Assembly (NCBI GenBank): GCA_043826135.1
Contig: JBDRQT010000005.1
Location: 6,255 to 70,254 of the forward strand
DNA: 64,000 nucleotides
From: an archaeon
GTDB lineage: Archaea > Nanobdellota > Nanobdellia > Woesearchaeales > GW2011-AR15
Direction: 5' to 3'
A program made the position numbers and the translations under genes. Shown piece after piece: positions 26,435-36,271 of this stretch. The notes under the pieces are model-generated. The model was given only the letters and a program-made list of their open reading frames with translations, was not told where the DNA came from and did no database searches. Each line of letters begins with the position of its first letter. The stretch's first letter is position 1.

Positions 26435-28860
26435 CTAATTATCTTGGCAGCATCCGCTACCTTATCATTCTCATCAAGCTTCATAAGTCTGACACCCTGT
26501 GTGTTCCTTCCTATGACAGATATGAATTTAGTGCTTGTCCGAATCACTTGGCCACCTACACTTATAAGCATGATCTCATCTTCTTCAGTGACAGATTTTA
26601 TTGTAACGACGCCTCCGTTCCTGTCAGAGGTCTTTATGTTTATGACTCCGCTGCCGCCTCTGTTGATGAGCCTGTAATCTTCAACAGGTGTCCTTTTTCC
26701 AAAACCGTTTTCAGTGATTGTCAGAAGTGTTTTTCCATCTTCAGCAACAACCATTCCAATTACAATATCATCTCCTTTCAGCCTGATTCCTCTGACACCC
26801 TGGCTGTGCCTGCCGACTGACCTTACATCAGTCTCATTGAACCTCACAGCGTTACCGTCTTTTGTTGCGATAATTAGTTGCTGAGTTCCATTAGTTTTTA
26901 CGACATCAATGACATCATCACCATCATTCAGGGCGATTCCCCAGATTCCTCCCTGTCTTGGTCTTGAATATTCTTCAAGATTTGTTTTTTTGACCAGGCC
27001 TTGTTTAGTTGCAAAAACAAGATAATGCTGGCTGTCAAATTCTCTGACAGGGATGACTGCTGATATCTGCTCTCCTGGTTCTACACCGACTAAGTTGATG
27101 ATGGCTTTTCCCTTTGCGTATCTATTGCCTTCAGGAAGATTATAGACTTTTGTCCAGTATATCTTCCCTTTATTAGTGAAAGTCAGCAGATAACTATGTG
27201 TATTTGCGATGAACAGATGATTGAGGAAATCATCATCTTTGGTCTCAGCGCCGATGACTCCTTTTCCACCTCTGTTCTGCTGCTTGTATTCTTCAAGAGC
27301 CATCCTTTTGATGTATCCGCTGTGGCTTATAGTTACAACAACGTCCTCTTCATTTATTAAGTCTTCAATATCAATGTCTTCTTCATAGCTTATTATTTCA
27401 GTTCTTCGCTCGCCACCGTATTTTTCTATCAGCAAGTTCAGTTCATCAACAATAATTTTGAGTATCTTACTCCTGTCCGCGAGAATTTCTTCCAGGCTTT
27501 TTATAAGAATTGTAAGTTCTTCATGTTCATCTTTTATCTTTTTCTGCTCAAGTGCAGCTAGCCTCTGCAGTCTCATATCAAGGATTGCCTTTGCCTGCTC
27601 CTCGCTTAGTGCATAATCGCTGATAAGCATCATTCTTGCCTGCTCGGCATCCTGGCTTTTCTTAATTTTCTCAACAATTGCATCGATATTATTCAGCGCA
27701 ATGATTAGCCCTTCAAGTATATGGGCCCGGTCCTGGGCTTTTTTCAGGTCATATTTTGTTCTTCTTGTTATGATATCTACCCTATGCTCAATATGATGTA
27801 CAATCAAATTTTTTAGGTTGAGTGTTCTTGGCATATTATTTACTAGCGCAAGGAACCTGATGCCGGAAGTTGTCTCAAGCTTCGAATGCTTATAGAGTTG
27901 ATTAATCACAATCTCTTTGTTAGAATCTCTTTTTAGTGTAATTACTATCCGCATGCCTTCTCTGCTGCTCTCATCCCTAAGTTCAGATATTTCATTGATT
28001 GTTTTTTTCCTGACAAGATCAGCAATCTCTTCTATGAGCATAGATTTATTCACCATATAGGGGATCTCAGTTACAATCAAGCTTGTTTTTCCTTTATTTT
28101 CTTCTACTTCAATTTTTGCCCTGACCTTTATTTTTCCTCTTCCAGTTGTATATGCCTGCCTTATTCCCATTGTTCCGCATAGCTGACCGCCTGTCGGAAA
28201 ATCAGGTCCTTTGACAAGTTCACATAATTCATTGATGCTTATTTCAGGGTTTTCTATAGTCTTAATTACAGCGCCGCAGATGTCTTTCAGATTATGAGGC
28301 GGAATATTTGTAGCCATTCCAACAGCAATTCCCGATGATCCGTTTACCAGAAGATTCGGAAGTTTGCTTGGCAGAAGTTTTGGCTCTTGGAGCGAGCCGT
28401 CAAAATTATCCTGCAGATCAACAGTGTCCTTCTCAAGGTCAGCCAAAATCTCACTTGATATTTTTGAAAGTCTTGCTTCAGTATATCTCATGGCAGCAGC
28501 GCTGTCTCCATCTACGCTTCCGAAATTACCTTGGCCGTCTACAAGCGGATATCTTAAACTCCATGGCTGCGCCATCCTAACAAGAGCATCATATACAGAT
28601 GAATCACCGTGAGGATGCCATTTACCAAGACAGTCTCCTACAATACGGGCGCATTTCTTATATGGTTTTCCAAACTCAAGGCCAAGCTCGAGCATGGTAA
28701 ATAAGACTCTTCTATGTACAGGTTTTAGGCCATCTCTAACATCCGGCAAAGCTCTGGATACGATGACTGACATAGCATAATCAAGGAAACTTGATTTAAG
28801 TTCGTCCTCTATCATAGCAGGAACAATCTTATCGGAGCTCTGAGTATTTTCTTCTGTCAT
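26431..28860 (-). CDS. gyrA: DNA gyrase subunit A
   Basis: [54 protein letters not shown] and the catalytic Tyr context [11 protein letters not shown]-terminal beta-pinwheel repeats are present. Confidence 0.95.
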   Translation of the reverse strand: MTEENTQSSDKIVPAMIEDELKSSFLDYAMSVIVSRALPDVRDGLKPVHRRVLFTMLELGLEFGKPYKKCARIVGDCLGKWHPHGDSSVYDALVRMAQPWSLRYPLVDGQGNFGSVDGDSAAAMRYTEARLSKISSEILADLEKDTVDLQDNFDGSLQEPKLLPSKLPNLLVNGSSGIAVGMATNIPPHNLKDICGAVIKTIENPEISINELCELVKGPDFPTGGQLCGTMGIRQAYTTGRGKIKVRAKIEVEENKGKTSLIVTEIPYMVNKSMLIEEIADLVRKKTINEISELRDESSREGMRIVITLKRDSNKEIVINQLYKHSKLETTSGIRFLALVNNMPRTLNLKNLIVHHIEHRVDIITRRTKYDLKKAQDRAHILEGLIIALNNIDAIVEKIKKSQDAEQARMMLISDYALSEEQAKAILDMRLQRLAALEQKKIKDEHEELTILIKSLEEILADRSKILKIIVDELNLLIEKYGGERRTEIISYEEDIDIEDLINEEDVVVTISHSGYIKRMALEEYKQQNRGGKGVIGAETKDDDFLNHLFIANTHSYLLTFTNKGKIYWTKVYNLPEGNRYAKGKAIINLVGVEPGEQISAVIPVREFDSQHYLVFATKQGLVKKTNLEEYSRPRQGGIWGIALNDGDDVIDVVKTNGTQQLIIATKDGNAVRFNETDVRSVGRHSQGVRGIRLKGDDIVIGMVVAEDGKTLLTITENGFGKRTPVEDYRLINRGGSGVINIKTSDRNGGVVTIKSVTEEDEIMLISVGGQVIRTSTKFISVIGRNTQGVRLMKLDENDKVADAAKIIS

Positions 28861-28975
28861 TTTTGCCTTAATTTTTAACTCAAGAATAGGCTATTTTTGC
28901 CACCTTTCTCGTCTATAAACTTAAATGATTCTGTATTTAAAAAGGTTTGGGTCACCAGTAAGAAAGGCTATATGT

Positions 28976-31900
28976 TTAAGAAGCAACTTGGTCTGAGCCA
29001 GTTAAGAAATTTTCCACTTCTTTTGCAACATCCTTTGCCTTCTTTGCAGTTACACCAAAATCATCTTCACAGTCCATTAAAAGGATAGAGTAAGCATATT
29101 TGCCGTAGCTGCCTATAATGATTCCGGAATCAGTATACACGTTGTGCGGCCAATCATTTCCTTTTGCTGGATAGGCATAGGAGCCGCCTTTGCTGTAAAG
29201 AATATCATGAGATATTGCATCTGCAATACCAAACTTAAAATCAACTGCTCTCTTTAAAGTCTCCAGGGCTTTTGCTTTTTGAGTATCTGTTATTTTTAAA
29301 CCATTATATGTCAAATCTCCATTATATAACTTTTCGTAGAACATGACCATCTCACTTGCAGTTGCAGCTTTTTCACAGTCATCAGCAATTTCAATATTTT
29401 TTTGATTTCCTTCTTTATCTACAGCACTTGTGCAGGCTCTTGGCTTTTCAAATTGCTTTGGGGTATATCCGTCAGCAGTGAAATAGAACTGGCTAACGAA
29501 TGTTTTTGAAAGGCCGTTCTCTTGCAGGAATCTGTTGAATCCTTCCATCTCAGTACTGACAGTGTGTTTTTCAATTTCACTGAATACTCTTGATGTGTCG
29601 TAGTTGTCGCTGACGTTAATCATACCAGTAATATATCTTGCTGCATCTGGCCAGTATTCTTCAGGAACACTCATATAGTAATATACTGAAAGAGGACCCT
29701 TAAACATACTCATAGAATGGAGGAGCGAATTCTCATTCACTTTTATTTCTTCTTTGTTATCCAGATTTCTGAAGCTCGCTGCGCCGTAGCAATCTTTCAT
29801 TATTTTTTTGATATTGCTCTCAACTTCACTTGTGTCTTTTGCAGGTGTAGTGATAGGCACAGTAACTTCAGGAGCATTATCTGTATTTGCATTTTGGGCA
29901 GGTGTTGATGATTTTGACGGTTCTGCAGCTCTGTCTTCAACAATATCATATGAAAACTCAGGATATCTTTTCATTGTTTCATCATTTATTGTCAAAGCAA
30001 ATCTCAGATATAAAGGAGATCCAGATAATTTTTTATAACCAGAATCAACACAAAATTTGAACATATTTGAATTGCTGATAGTATATTGTTCTCCAGGGCA
30101 GCCGTCCAAATACCATACATGCTCAGGGTTTTCAGATAGAACTTTAATAACACAATCTCTATAGCTGGCGCCTGTTTGAACGCAGGCTGAAGCATCACTT
30201 ACTAATATTTCGCTGAACCTGAGCTCGTCATCAATTTTCTTCAAATCAATTTTGCTGTGGACTGTAAATGATGGATTAAGATAATAATAGCCCATCTTAT
30301 CTCCTTTTAGAAGCTCTTCAGGAATTGAGGAATAGTCTGGCTCCGATGTTCCAGAACTTTCAATCAAATGAAGGTATGTAAAGGTAGCGTCAGGATGGCC
30401 CATGTTCCAATCAAATATTCCATTTGATGTATGTGATGCAACTTGATTATTTCCAATGTATACGGCAACATGGTCTATTACAGCATTATTATCCCAATCA
30501 TAGAATATCAGATCTCCAATATCCAATTTGCTTGATGATTCAACCTTAATGCCAATTCCTTTGCTTATCAATAGATCTTTCAATCTCTGTGCACCAGGTT
30601 CTCCATAAGGTATGCATGTGCTTGGGTTATATCTGCAGTCAATAGTTAGTCCACCTTGCTTAAGTGAATACGATGCAAAATGTGCACAATCTGATCCTGA
30701 AATGTAGTTGCTTGGTGCCGTTGCGCCTGCATTAATCATGCCTGAACTGCACTCAGGTGATTCGCTATTTGTAAAAAAGCAGCCATCGTCGACTACTTTT
30801 GTTGCAAATTCCTTTGCATATGCAGCTATTTTTTTCCTGTCAAATCCTTGCGTTTCAGGTGGGGTTACAGTAGGAACATCATCACTGCATGTACTTTTAT
30901 AGTCATCTTCAAGCGTATGGAAGTCTTCAACATAGCTTTGTATCCTCATTATTAAATCAATATATCTGGGATCTCTTGCTCCCCAAAGATTCATGTAATC
31001 ATAAGCATTGCAGCCCCATCCATTGTAACCTCTGAGTGCGATGTCCCAGCCTTTATACACAACGTTTTTTGCAGGTATCCCTGTTCCATCATTAGGGCAA
31101 TAATATTTCTTTTCGCTGTTCAAGCAGTCGAAATATCCGCATTTTTCCCAGATTTCAAGAGCGCCGCATTCAATATTATCAACAAGCTGCCAGGCATCGA
31201 GCTCTCTTCCATCAATCCTGCTTTTTCCACATGCATTGAATGGCTCACCATAAGGAACATACCCTCGGTCTATCTGCATGATACCGACACCTCCATCATA
31301 TGACACTTTCACTTTTCCTTCAGCATCATAATGTTTAATCTGGCTTTCTTTATAGGCGATTGTTAGCAGCATTGAACCAGGCAAATCATACGCTTTTGCA
31401 ACCTCGCAAATCTTTTGCATCTGCTCATCTTGGGTCGCAGCAACTCTTCCTGTAATCTTGCTTCCATTAATTGATGCGACATAGATGCCGCCCATCATTA
31501 TTATCGAAAAGATTGCAATGTGCACAAGCTTCTTTTTTCCGAGAAACAAAATCAAGAGAGCAAATACAGCAAATGCAATAACTACCCATATAGAGAGAGG
31601 CTGCTCAGTATTGCTGTCAAGTATATTCTTGTCATAGTAATCACTCCTTTGACATTTGCCTGTGCAGCATGTCTGGTTATTAAATAATGTAAGTTCATCC
31701 TTGTCGCAGAATTCATTTCCAGAGCACTCAAAAAAATCGAAGTCATTGCAGGTATTTTCCTTGACATTTAGGTTGTCTTTAAGGCATTCATTGCAGCAGG
31801 TAATATTTCCTGTGTTTTGTGGTCCGATGCAGGTCTCATCTGGCGAGCATTCCAACATATCATAAAAACTGCATCCGAGATTATCTAAAGTGTCTTCAAA

Positions 31901-32437
31901 GCAACCTTCAGGAGGAATATCATAAAAATATCCAGTGCAGTCGGGATCACAGATATTATCATCTTCAATTCTGCAGAATCCATCCAAAGAACTTGGCTCG
32001 CAGTCTCCGCAAACGATTTCATTTTCAAAAATTTCACAATTGTCATTTGTGCAGGGTTCACATAAACCATTATTGTTGCACAAAGTTATAGGTTTGCTAT
32101 ATAGTAGGGTATCATTTCTATAGATATTGACTTTTTCTATCTTTGAAAAATCAGGGGTATAGTTTATCTCAGTGAAAGGTGGATAATTGCTGTTTGATTT
32201 CAGAATCAAATTTCCGGACATATCGAGAAATTCCAGTCTGAATGGCCTGTTGTATTCTTGATTTCCACTATAAGCAAGATAATATGGGTTCTGTTCAATT
32301 ACTTGTATATTTCGCAAATCAAGCGAATCATTCTCTTCAATATTTGTGATAAGTATCTTCAGATCATATGTTGCATATACAGAGCTTAGCAAGATAAGCA
32401 GCATCAATGCAATGGTTGTTTTTTTCATTCTATTCAC
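28976..32437 (-). CDS. 1153-aa multi-domain cell-wall hydrolase: Cys-rich ectodomain, 2 TM helices, lytic transglycosylase (SLT), papain-like amidase (Amidase_6/NlpC-P60 clan), class A beta-lactamase-like serine hydrolase domain
   Basis: SLT motifs AYKESQ, GGVGIMQI and LRGYNGWG. Amidase motifs SDCAHFASYSLKQGG ... GDLIFYDW..IDHVAVYIG..ASHTSN. Beta-lactamase-like motifs SMFK (SxxK), MINVSDNYD (SDN), ATASEMVMFYEKLYNG and YSKGGS (KxG). Confidence 0.8.
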   Translation of the reverse strand: MNRMKKTTIALMLLILLSSVYATYDLKILITNIEENDSLDLRNIQVIEQNPYYLAYSGNQEYNRPFRLEFLDMSGNLILKSNSNYPPFTEINYTPDFSKIEKVNIYRNDTLLYSKPITLCNNNGLCEPCTNDNCEIFENEIVCGDCEPSSLDGFCRIEDDNICDPDCTGYFYDIPPEGCFEDTLDNLGCSFYDMLECSPDETCIGPQNTGNITCCNECLKDNLNVKENTCNDFDFFECSGNEFCDKDELTLFNNQTCCTGKCQRSDYYDKNILDSNTEQPLSIWVVIAFAVFALLILFLGKKKLVHIAIFSIIMMGGIYVASINGSKITGRVAATQDEQMQKICEVAKAYDLPGSMLLTIAYKESQIKHYDAEGKVKVSYDGGVGIMQIDRGYVPYGEPFNACGKSRIDGRELDAWQLVDNIECGALEIWEKCGYFDCLNSEKKYYCPNDGTGIPAKNVVYKGWDIALRGYNGWGCNAYDYMNLWGARDPRYIDLIMRIQSYVEDFHTLEDDYKSTCSDDVPTVTPPETQGFDRKKIAAYAKEFATKVVDDGCFFTNSESPECSSGMINAGATAPSNYISGSDCAHFASYSLKQGGLTIDCRYNPSTCIPYGEPGAQRLKDLLISKGIGIKVESSSKLDIGDLIFYDWDNNAVIDHVAVYIGNNQVASHTSNGIFDWNMGHPDATFTYLHLIESSGTSEPDYSSIPEELLKGDKMGYYYLNPSFTVHSKIDLKKIDDELRFSEILVSDASACVQTGASYRDCVIKVLSENPEHVWYLDGCPGEQYTISNSNMFKFCVDSGYKKLSGSPLYLRFALTINDETMKRYPEFSYDIVEDRAAEPSKSSTPAQNANTDNAPEVTVPITTPAKDTSEVESNIKKIMKDCYGAASFRNLDNKEEIKVNENSLLHSMSMFKGPLSVYYYMSVPEEYWPDAARYITGMINVSDNYDTSRVFSEIEKHTVSTEMEGFNRFLQENGLSKTFVSQFYFTADGYTPKQFEKPRACTSAVDKEGNQKNIEIADDCEKAATASEMVMFYEKLYNGDLTYNGLKITDTQKAKALETLKRAVDFKFGIADAISHDILYSKGGSYAYPAKGNDWPHNVYTDSGIIIGSYGKYAYSILLMDCEDDFGVTAKKAKDVAKEVENFLTGSDQVAS

Positions 32438-33608
32438 ATGCCTTTAGCCTGCAGAATTGTGTAACTTGGTTTCTGCCTTCTGCAAACAAGTCTTCATAAT
32501 ATTCATAGCATACTCCAGGAGGTCCGCCATCGCTGTTTCCGATTGAATGGATGAACACATTCCTTCCACTAGGGCTCGGACTGAAATGCTCATAACAAGT
32601 TCTTATCCCAAAATAACTTATCTCTCCGCTGAGCGTTCCGGTTCCAGCATACATCCCCGTATGTCCGATATTGTTTCCTGCCTGGAAAACATCTCCTGGC
32701 TTAAGTGTATTTACATTAGAACCAAGCATAATAACTTTATCTGAATTCGATGAGCATTTGGTGGCGCCATGGCCTGAAAAACTTGAAAAACCTAATTGCT
32801 GGGTAATAACTGATCCGACAAATGTGGCGCAGGTGAGACCAATTCTGCAATCATTTGGAGGAAAGTATTGGCAAGCGATATAGTTTGCATAGCCGCAGTT
32901 GAGGAGATAAGGGCATCCCACAAATTTATCTGCGTATTCTATTAGATACGCACATTTTCCCTCTAGAGTTGGGCTTTCAGTTGTTACATCCGGAGGAATT
33001 GGTTCTTCAGAAGACGGTTCACTAGTGGATGGCTCCTGAGCAGATGGTTCTTGAGGTATCGGCTCTTGCGGCTCTTCAACAATTGGAGGGGGTTCAACAA
33101 ATTTTACCTCTTCTGCAGCGAAGTTATAATCTTTTCCACCAATATCCATTCTCAGGCTTTTTTTCGCTTTGCCGATAAATACAGTTTCTTCACTTTCATT
33201 TATTATATAGTAATCATAACCTATTTCAGGAATCTTTTCAGGGAAATTATCAAGATAACTAATGAATCTTTCTTCAAAACCTGATTTTATCTGGGCTTTC
33301 AGATCAGGGATGCAGTTTTTTGATTCAGTGTTCAGGAGCGGATATCCTTCAAATTCACCGCAACCTGTTGAAATGGCAATCTCATCGATTGATTCCTGAT
33401 AAGCCTTGTCTGCCGATTTGTCTATGTAATAAAGTGGAACTTCTCCGTGCTCATATGTTTCCATCAGAACAGCTTGTTTTTCTCCTATTGATTTTTCAAA
33501 TTTTGCGCTTTTGGTATGCACTGCAAAATAAAGCATGGGCAGAACTGCGAATATGAAAAGGATTGTTAGCATCAATACAAAAATACTACCTTTTCTCCCG
33601 TGTATCAT
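32430..33608 (-). CDS. NlpC/P60 cysteine peptidase with prepilin-like N-terminus and Pro/Glu-rich linker
   Basis: N-terminus GRKG/SIFVLMLTILFIFAVL. Linker PPPIVEEPQEPIPQEPSAQEPSTSEPSSEEPIPP. Catalytic region FVGCPY...GLTCATFVGSV...LKPGDVFQA..GHTGMYAG...FIHS. Confidence 0.8.
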   Translation of the reverse strand: MIHGRKGSIFVLMLTILFIFAVLPMLYFAVHTKSAKFEKSIGEKQAVLMETYEHGEVPLYYIDKSADKAYQESIDEIAISTGCGEFEGYPLLNTESKNCIPDLKAQIKSGFEERFISYLDNFPEKIPEIGYDYYIINESEETVFIGKAKKSLRMDIGGKDYNFAAEEVKFVEPPPIVEEPQEPIPQEPSAQEPSTSEPSSEEPIPPDVTTESPTLEGKCAYLIEYADKFVGCPYLLNCGYANYIACQYFPPNDCRIGLTCATFVGSVITQQLGFSSFSGHGATKCSSNSDKVIMLGSNVNTLKPGDVFQAGNNIGHTGMYAGTGTLSGEISYFGIRTCYEHFSPSPSGRNVFIHSIGNSDGGPPGVCYEYYEDLFAEGRNQVTQFCRLKACE

Positions 33609-34048
33609 TTGTACCCCTTAATCACTAGCTGAAGTTTGATAGCATCAGATTCACCTGGAAGATATATTGTTGAGTCCAGTAAATTGTCTTTTCCGGCAGA
33701 AATGCAGCTTCTGTCAAAAGCCGTTTTTTCATCAATGAGTAGCTTCCAGCACACATCGCTGCCGTAATAATCCTTCAGAAGATAACTAAATTCATCTTCA
33801 AAATAATTAATGTTATTTTGTTCATATGATTGTATCAGCAGATCAGATATTTCAGTATCATTTAGCTCTGTTCTAAGAATTGTCAGGAATACTTCATCAT
33901 TTCCGAGCCGGTTTACCTTGTCTTCAACAACAGTCTTATGACTGATCCCTTCATATCGCATTATAATTATCCATATCGTCATACCTATTATTAGTATAAG
34001 CCATGAGGCTATGTCATAGAATGATATTACCTGTGCTTTTTTATTCAT
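33605..34048 (-). CDS. prepilin-like protein
   Basis: MNKKAQ/VISFYDIASWLILIIGMTIWIII. 4-nt and 8-nt overlaps with neighbouring genes. Confidence 0.65.
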   Translation of the reverse strand: MNKKAQVISFYDIASWLILIIGMTIWIIIMRYEGISHKTVVEDKVNRLGNDEVFLTILRTELNDTEISDLLIQSYEQNNINYFEDEFSYLLKDYYGSDVCWKLLIDEKTAFDRSCISAGKDNLLDSTIYLPGESDAIKLQLVIKGYK

Positions 34049-34538
34049 TTTTGCTTATCACATGTATTTTTATTATGCCCGGGAACAAAATTCCTTTATT
34101 TCTAATGAGGACGGGCCTTCTGATTATTGATTTATCATACTGGTCAAAATTTGTCAGCGGAGACCACCTTTCATACCATATTTTATTCACGTAAAGTTCT
34201 CTGATGTCATTATCAGCAAGCGTAGTTAACTCAATTTTTGCCGCAATATTATTACCCTCACCGATAAGGAATGCTTTTTCAAAAGATTCCTGGGTTGCTT
34301 TGGTTACGTCAATTATTCCAGGAAATACCCTATTTGTTTGTGGGTCTTTATAGGCTAGAGCATCTGGAGAATAAATGATTCTCTGAAGTGTTATCTGATC
34401 ATTTATCTTATGGGAATCAAGAGCTGTGTCAATAAGATTTGAGTACATATACACAAAGATGATAAAAATGAGCGCAATATAAGGAAGCCTGATAATTGTG
34501 TTCCACAATATCTCATATGCATCTCCTTTTTTATTCAT
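34041..34538 (-). CDS. prepilin-like / N-terminally anchored protein
   Basis: MNKKGD/AYEILWNTIIRLPYIALIFIIFVYMY. Translationally coupled to its neighbours. Confidence 0.6.
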   Translation of the reverse strand: MNKKGDAYEILWNTIIRLPYIALIFIIFVYMYSNLIDTALDSHKINDQITLQRIIYSPDALAYKDPQTNRVFPGIIDVTKATQESFEKAFLIGEGNNIAAKIELTTLADNDIRELYVNKIWYERWSPLTNFDQYDKSIIRRPVLIRNKGILFPGIIKIHVISKNE

Positions 34539-34996
34539 TTTAATACTTCCTCTGTATTTATTATCGCGATAGGATTTATCCGTGCAGGCGTCTTCTTGAA
34601 TCCAAGTGCAAGAAGGTAGTTTTTCTCCTTATCTTCGTCAACAAGAGACGATTTGATTTTTTTGTATCTTATCTTCAGGCCCTCATCTTCAATGAAAGGA
34701 TATGATTTTCCAGTAAGTTCACCTTCTTTCGGATTGTAAACTGTCACTTTGTTCTTTTCAAATCTGACATCAAAATCAAATTCATTTTCAGTGTAGACAA
34801 AAAAGACATTGTTCGGAGCAGAGTGAAGGTTATTCATGACAAGAGCAAGGTCTTTTGCAAGATACCTTTTCTCGAAGTTGTTGTTGTTCAGAAGGGAATT
34901 TATCACGTATAATATAGACATAAGTATCACTGCAAGAAAGAACAGATTTATCAGCCACCAGAGTACTTCGTTGGTCTGGCCTCTTTTATGCAGCAT
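34535..34996 (-). CDS. prepilin-like protein (first gene of the distal transcription unit)
   Basis: MLHKRGQ/TNEVLWWLINLFFLAVILM. ATG 34996 lies 24-37 nt downstream of AAATAATATAAAC (TATA); the ORF-track start at 35014 is the alternative. Confidence 0.6.
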   Translation of the reverse strand: MLHKRGQTNEVLWWLINLFFLAVILMSILYVINSLLNNNNFEKRYLAKDLALVMNNLHSAPNNVFFVYTENEFDFDVRFEKNKVTVYNPKEGELTGKSYPFIEDEGLKIRYKKIKSSLVDEDKEKNYLLALGFKKTPARINPIAIINTEEVLK

Positions 34997-35249
34997 AGTC
35001 CTAAAAAAGAGCATAGGGTTTATATTATTTGCTCTAACTGTAGTTGTGTATATTTATTGTTTTCTTTGAACTGAGTATTTTTCTTTCCTGACGGCAGACG
35101 CCCAAATTTGCGGATTTGTGCTATGCGACAGCCCGAAGGGCGCGACCCCAGTTGCATCTGCGTCAAGAAAAATATTGTTTATTGTAGAATCTGCACAACT
35201 CCAGTTGCTCTAAGTAGGATTCAAATATAACCTAAATATTCTTTGTAGG

Positions 35250-35507
35250 ATGGATATTGGAACCCTTCTTGAGAATTTGCCATCTTCAGAAGGATATATG
35301 CGTTCTATGAAGATGTCTGAAGCAGAGGAAAAAGGAATTGAATTTAGTGGTGAATATCTATTTAGATTATTTGAAGTTTATCCAGGTGGATACATCTTCA
35401 GGATGATTGAAATACACAAAATGATGACAAATGATAGATTGATGCATACATACATGCGGATTGGAAATTGGCTTTTATATCAGGGTTCTCAAGAACTGCA
35501 TGAATGA
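35250..35507 (+). CDS. hypothetical 85-aa cytoplasmic protein on the opposite strand inside the pilin-like locus
   Basis: ORF with CAAATATAAC about 20-28 nt upstream. No TM helix and no recognised family. Could be spurious. Confidence 0.3.
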   Translation: MDIGTLLENLPSSEGYMRSMKMSEAEEKGIEFSGEYLFRLFEVYPGGYIFRMIEIHKMMTNDRLMHTYMRIGNWLLYQGSQELHE

Positions 35508-35510
35508 TTT

Positions 35511-35999
35511 TTAACCTAAAGATACACCAGGTCTTTCAATTATTGAGACAGTATCCCCCAATAATTCTACATGAAAATTCGTGACCCTTTCTGTTGGATT
35601 AAGAACAAGGTTCTCGATATGAAGTTTCTTTGTGCTAATTGAATACTCCAAATTCACGCATTTCTCAGTACTTTTTGGAGTGCATCCGTCAAGTTTGCAA
35701 GTGCATAGACAACTTAATCCGGTTTTGCACTGGGTAGGTCTATCGCTACTGGCAATATCAAATCCTTTGATTATATGTTTGTTGTCGATAAACAAAGGGA
35801 TGACAATAGGCGCTTCCATGTATTTTATTTCCTTGGCTAGCAGTTCCATTGAGTTAATTGTTGCTGGTTTTGCTCTCCCGCCGAGTAACTCATAGAGTTT
35901 TACAACAAGAGGCAGTACAAAAAGCAATACAACAACTGCAAAAAGTGCAATTTTTATCAGAAATTCTAAAGTAATTTCTCCTTTAATCGCATGCTTCAT
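35511..35999 (-). CDS. prepilin-like Cys-containing protein
   Basis: MKHAIKGE/ITLEFLIKIALFAVVVLLFVL. Cys cluster QCKTGLSCLCTCKLDGC. Confidence 0.65.
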   Translation of the reverse strand: MKHAIKGEITLEFLIKIALFAVVVLLFVLPLVVKLYELLGGRAKPATINSMELLAKEIKYMEAPIVIPLFIDNKHIIKGFDIASSDRPTQCKTGLSCLCTCKLDGCTPKSTEKCVNLEYSISTKKLHIENLVLNPTERVTNFHVELLGDTVSIIERPGVSLG

Positions 36000-36270
36000 C
36001 TGTAGTCTTCCATTCACCTGCTTCGCAGGTCCTTTTTTGATTGCTCACAGGATTGCATTCCACTTTTCCGTCCTCGCACTTTCTTCCAAAAGCCCTAAAT
36101 AGATCATCCAAGATATTTCCGCCTTCTTTAGCTCCTTCATCACGTATCCCAAGCATGCTATTTATCGTCGGCCTAAATAATGCATAGAACACCGCAATCA
36201 CAACGACTAGTACAACTAGCGCAAGAATAACCTTTACAAGCACTTCAAATTCTAATCCTTTCTTGTTCAT
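35983..36270 (-). CDS. small prepilin-like protein (95 aa) with 4 Cys
   Basis: MNKKG/LEFEVLVKVILALVVLVVVIAVF, then CEDGKVEC...CEAGEW..EAC. Confidence 0.65.
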   Translation of the reverse strand: MNKKGLEFEVLVKVILALVVLVVVIAVFYALFRPTINSMLGIRDEGAKEGGNILDDLFRAFGRKCEDGKVECNPVSNQKRTCEAGEWKTTDEACD

Positions 36271-36271
36271 C

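Noticed and set aside
35090-35164. tRNA gene (the length of 75 nt and the closing helix suggested one)
   Set aside because: The acceptor pairing needs a bulge. There is no GTTC-type T-loop and no D-arm or anticodon-arm geometry on either strand.
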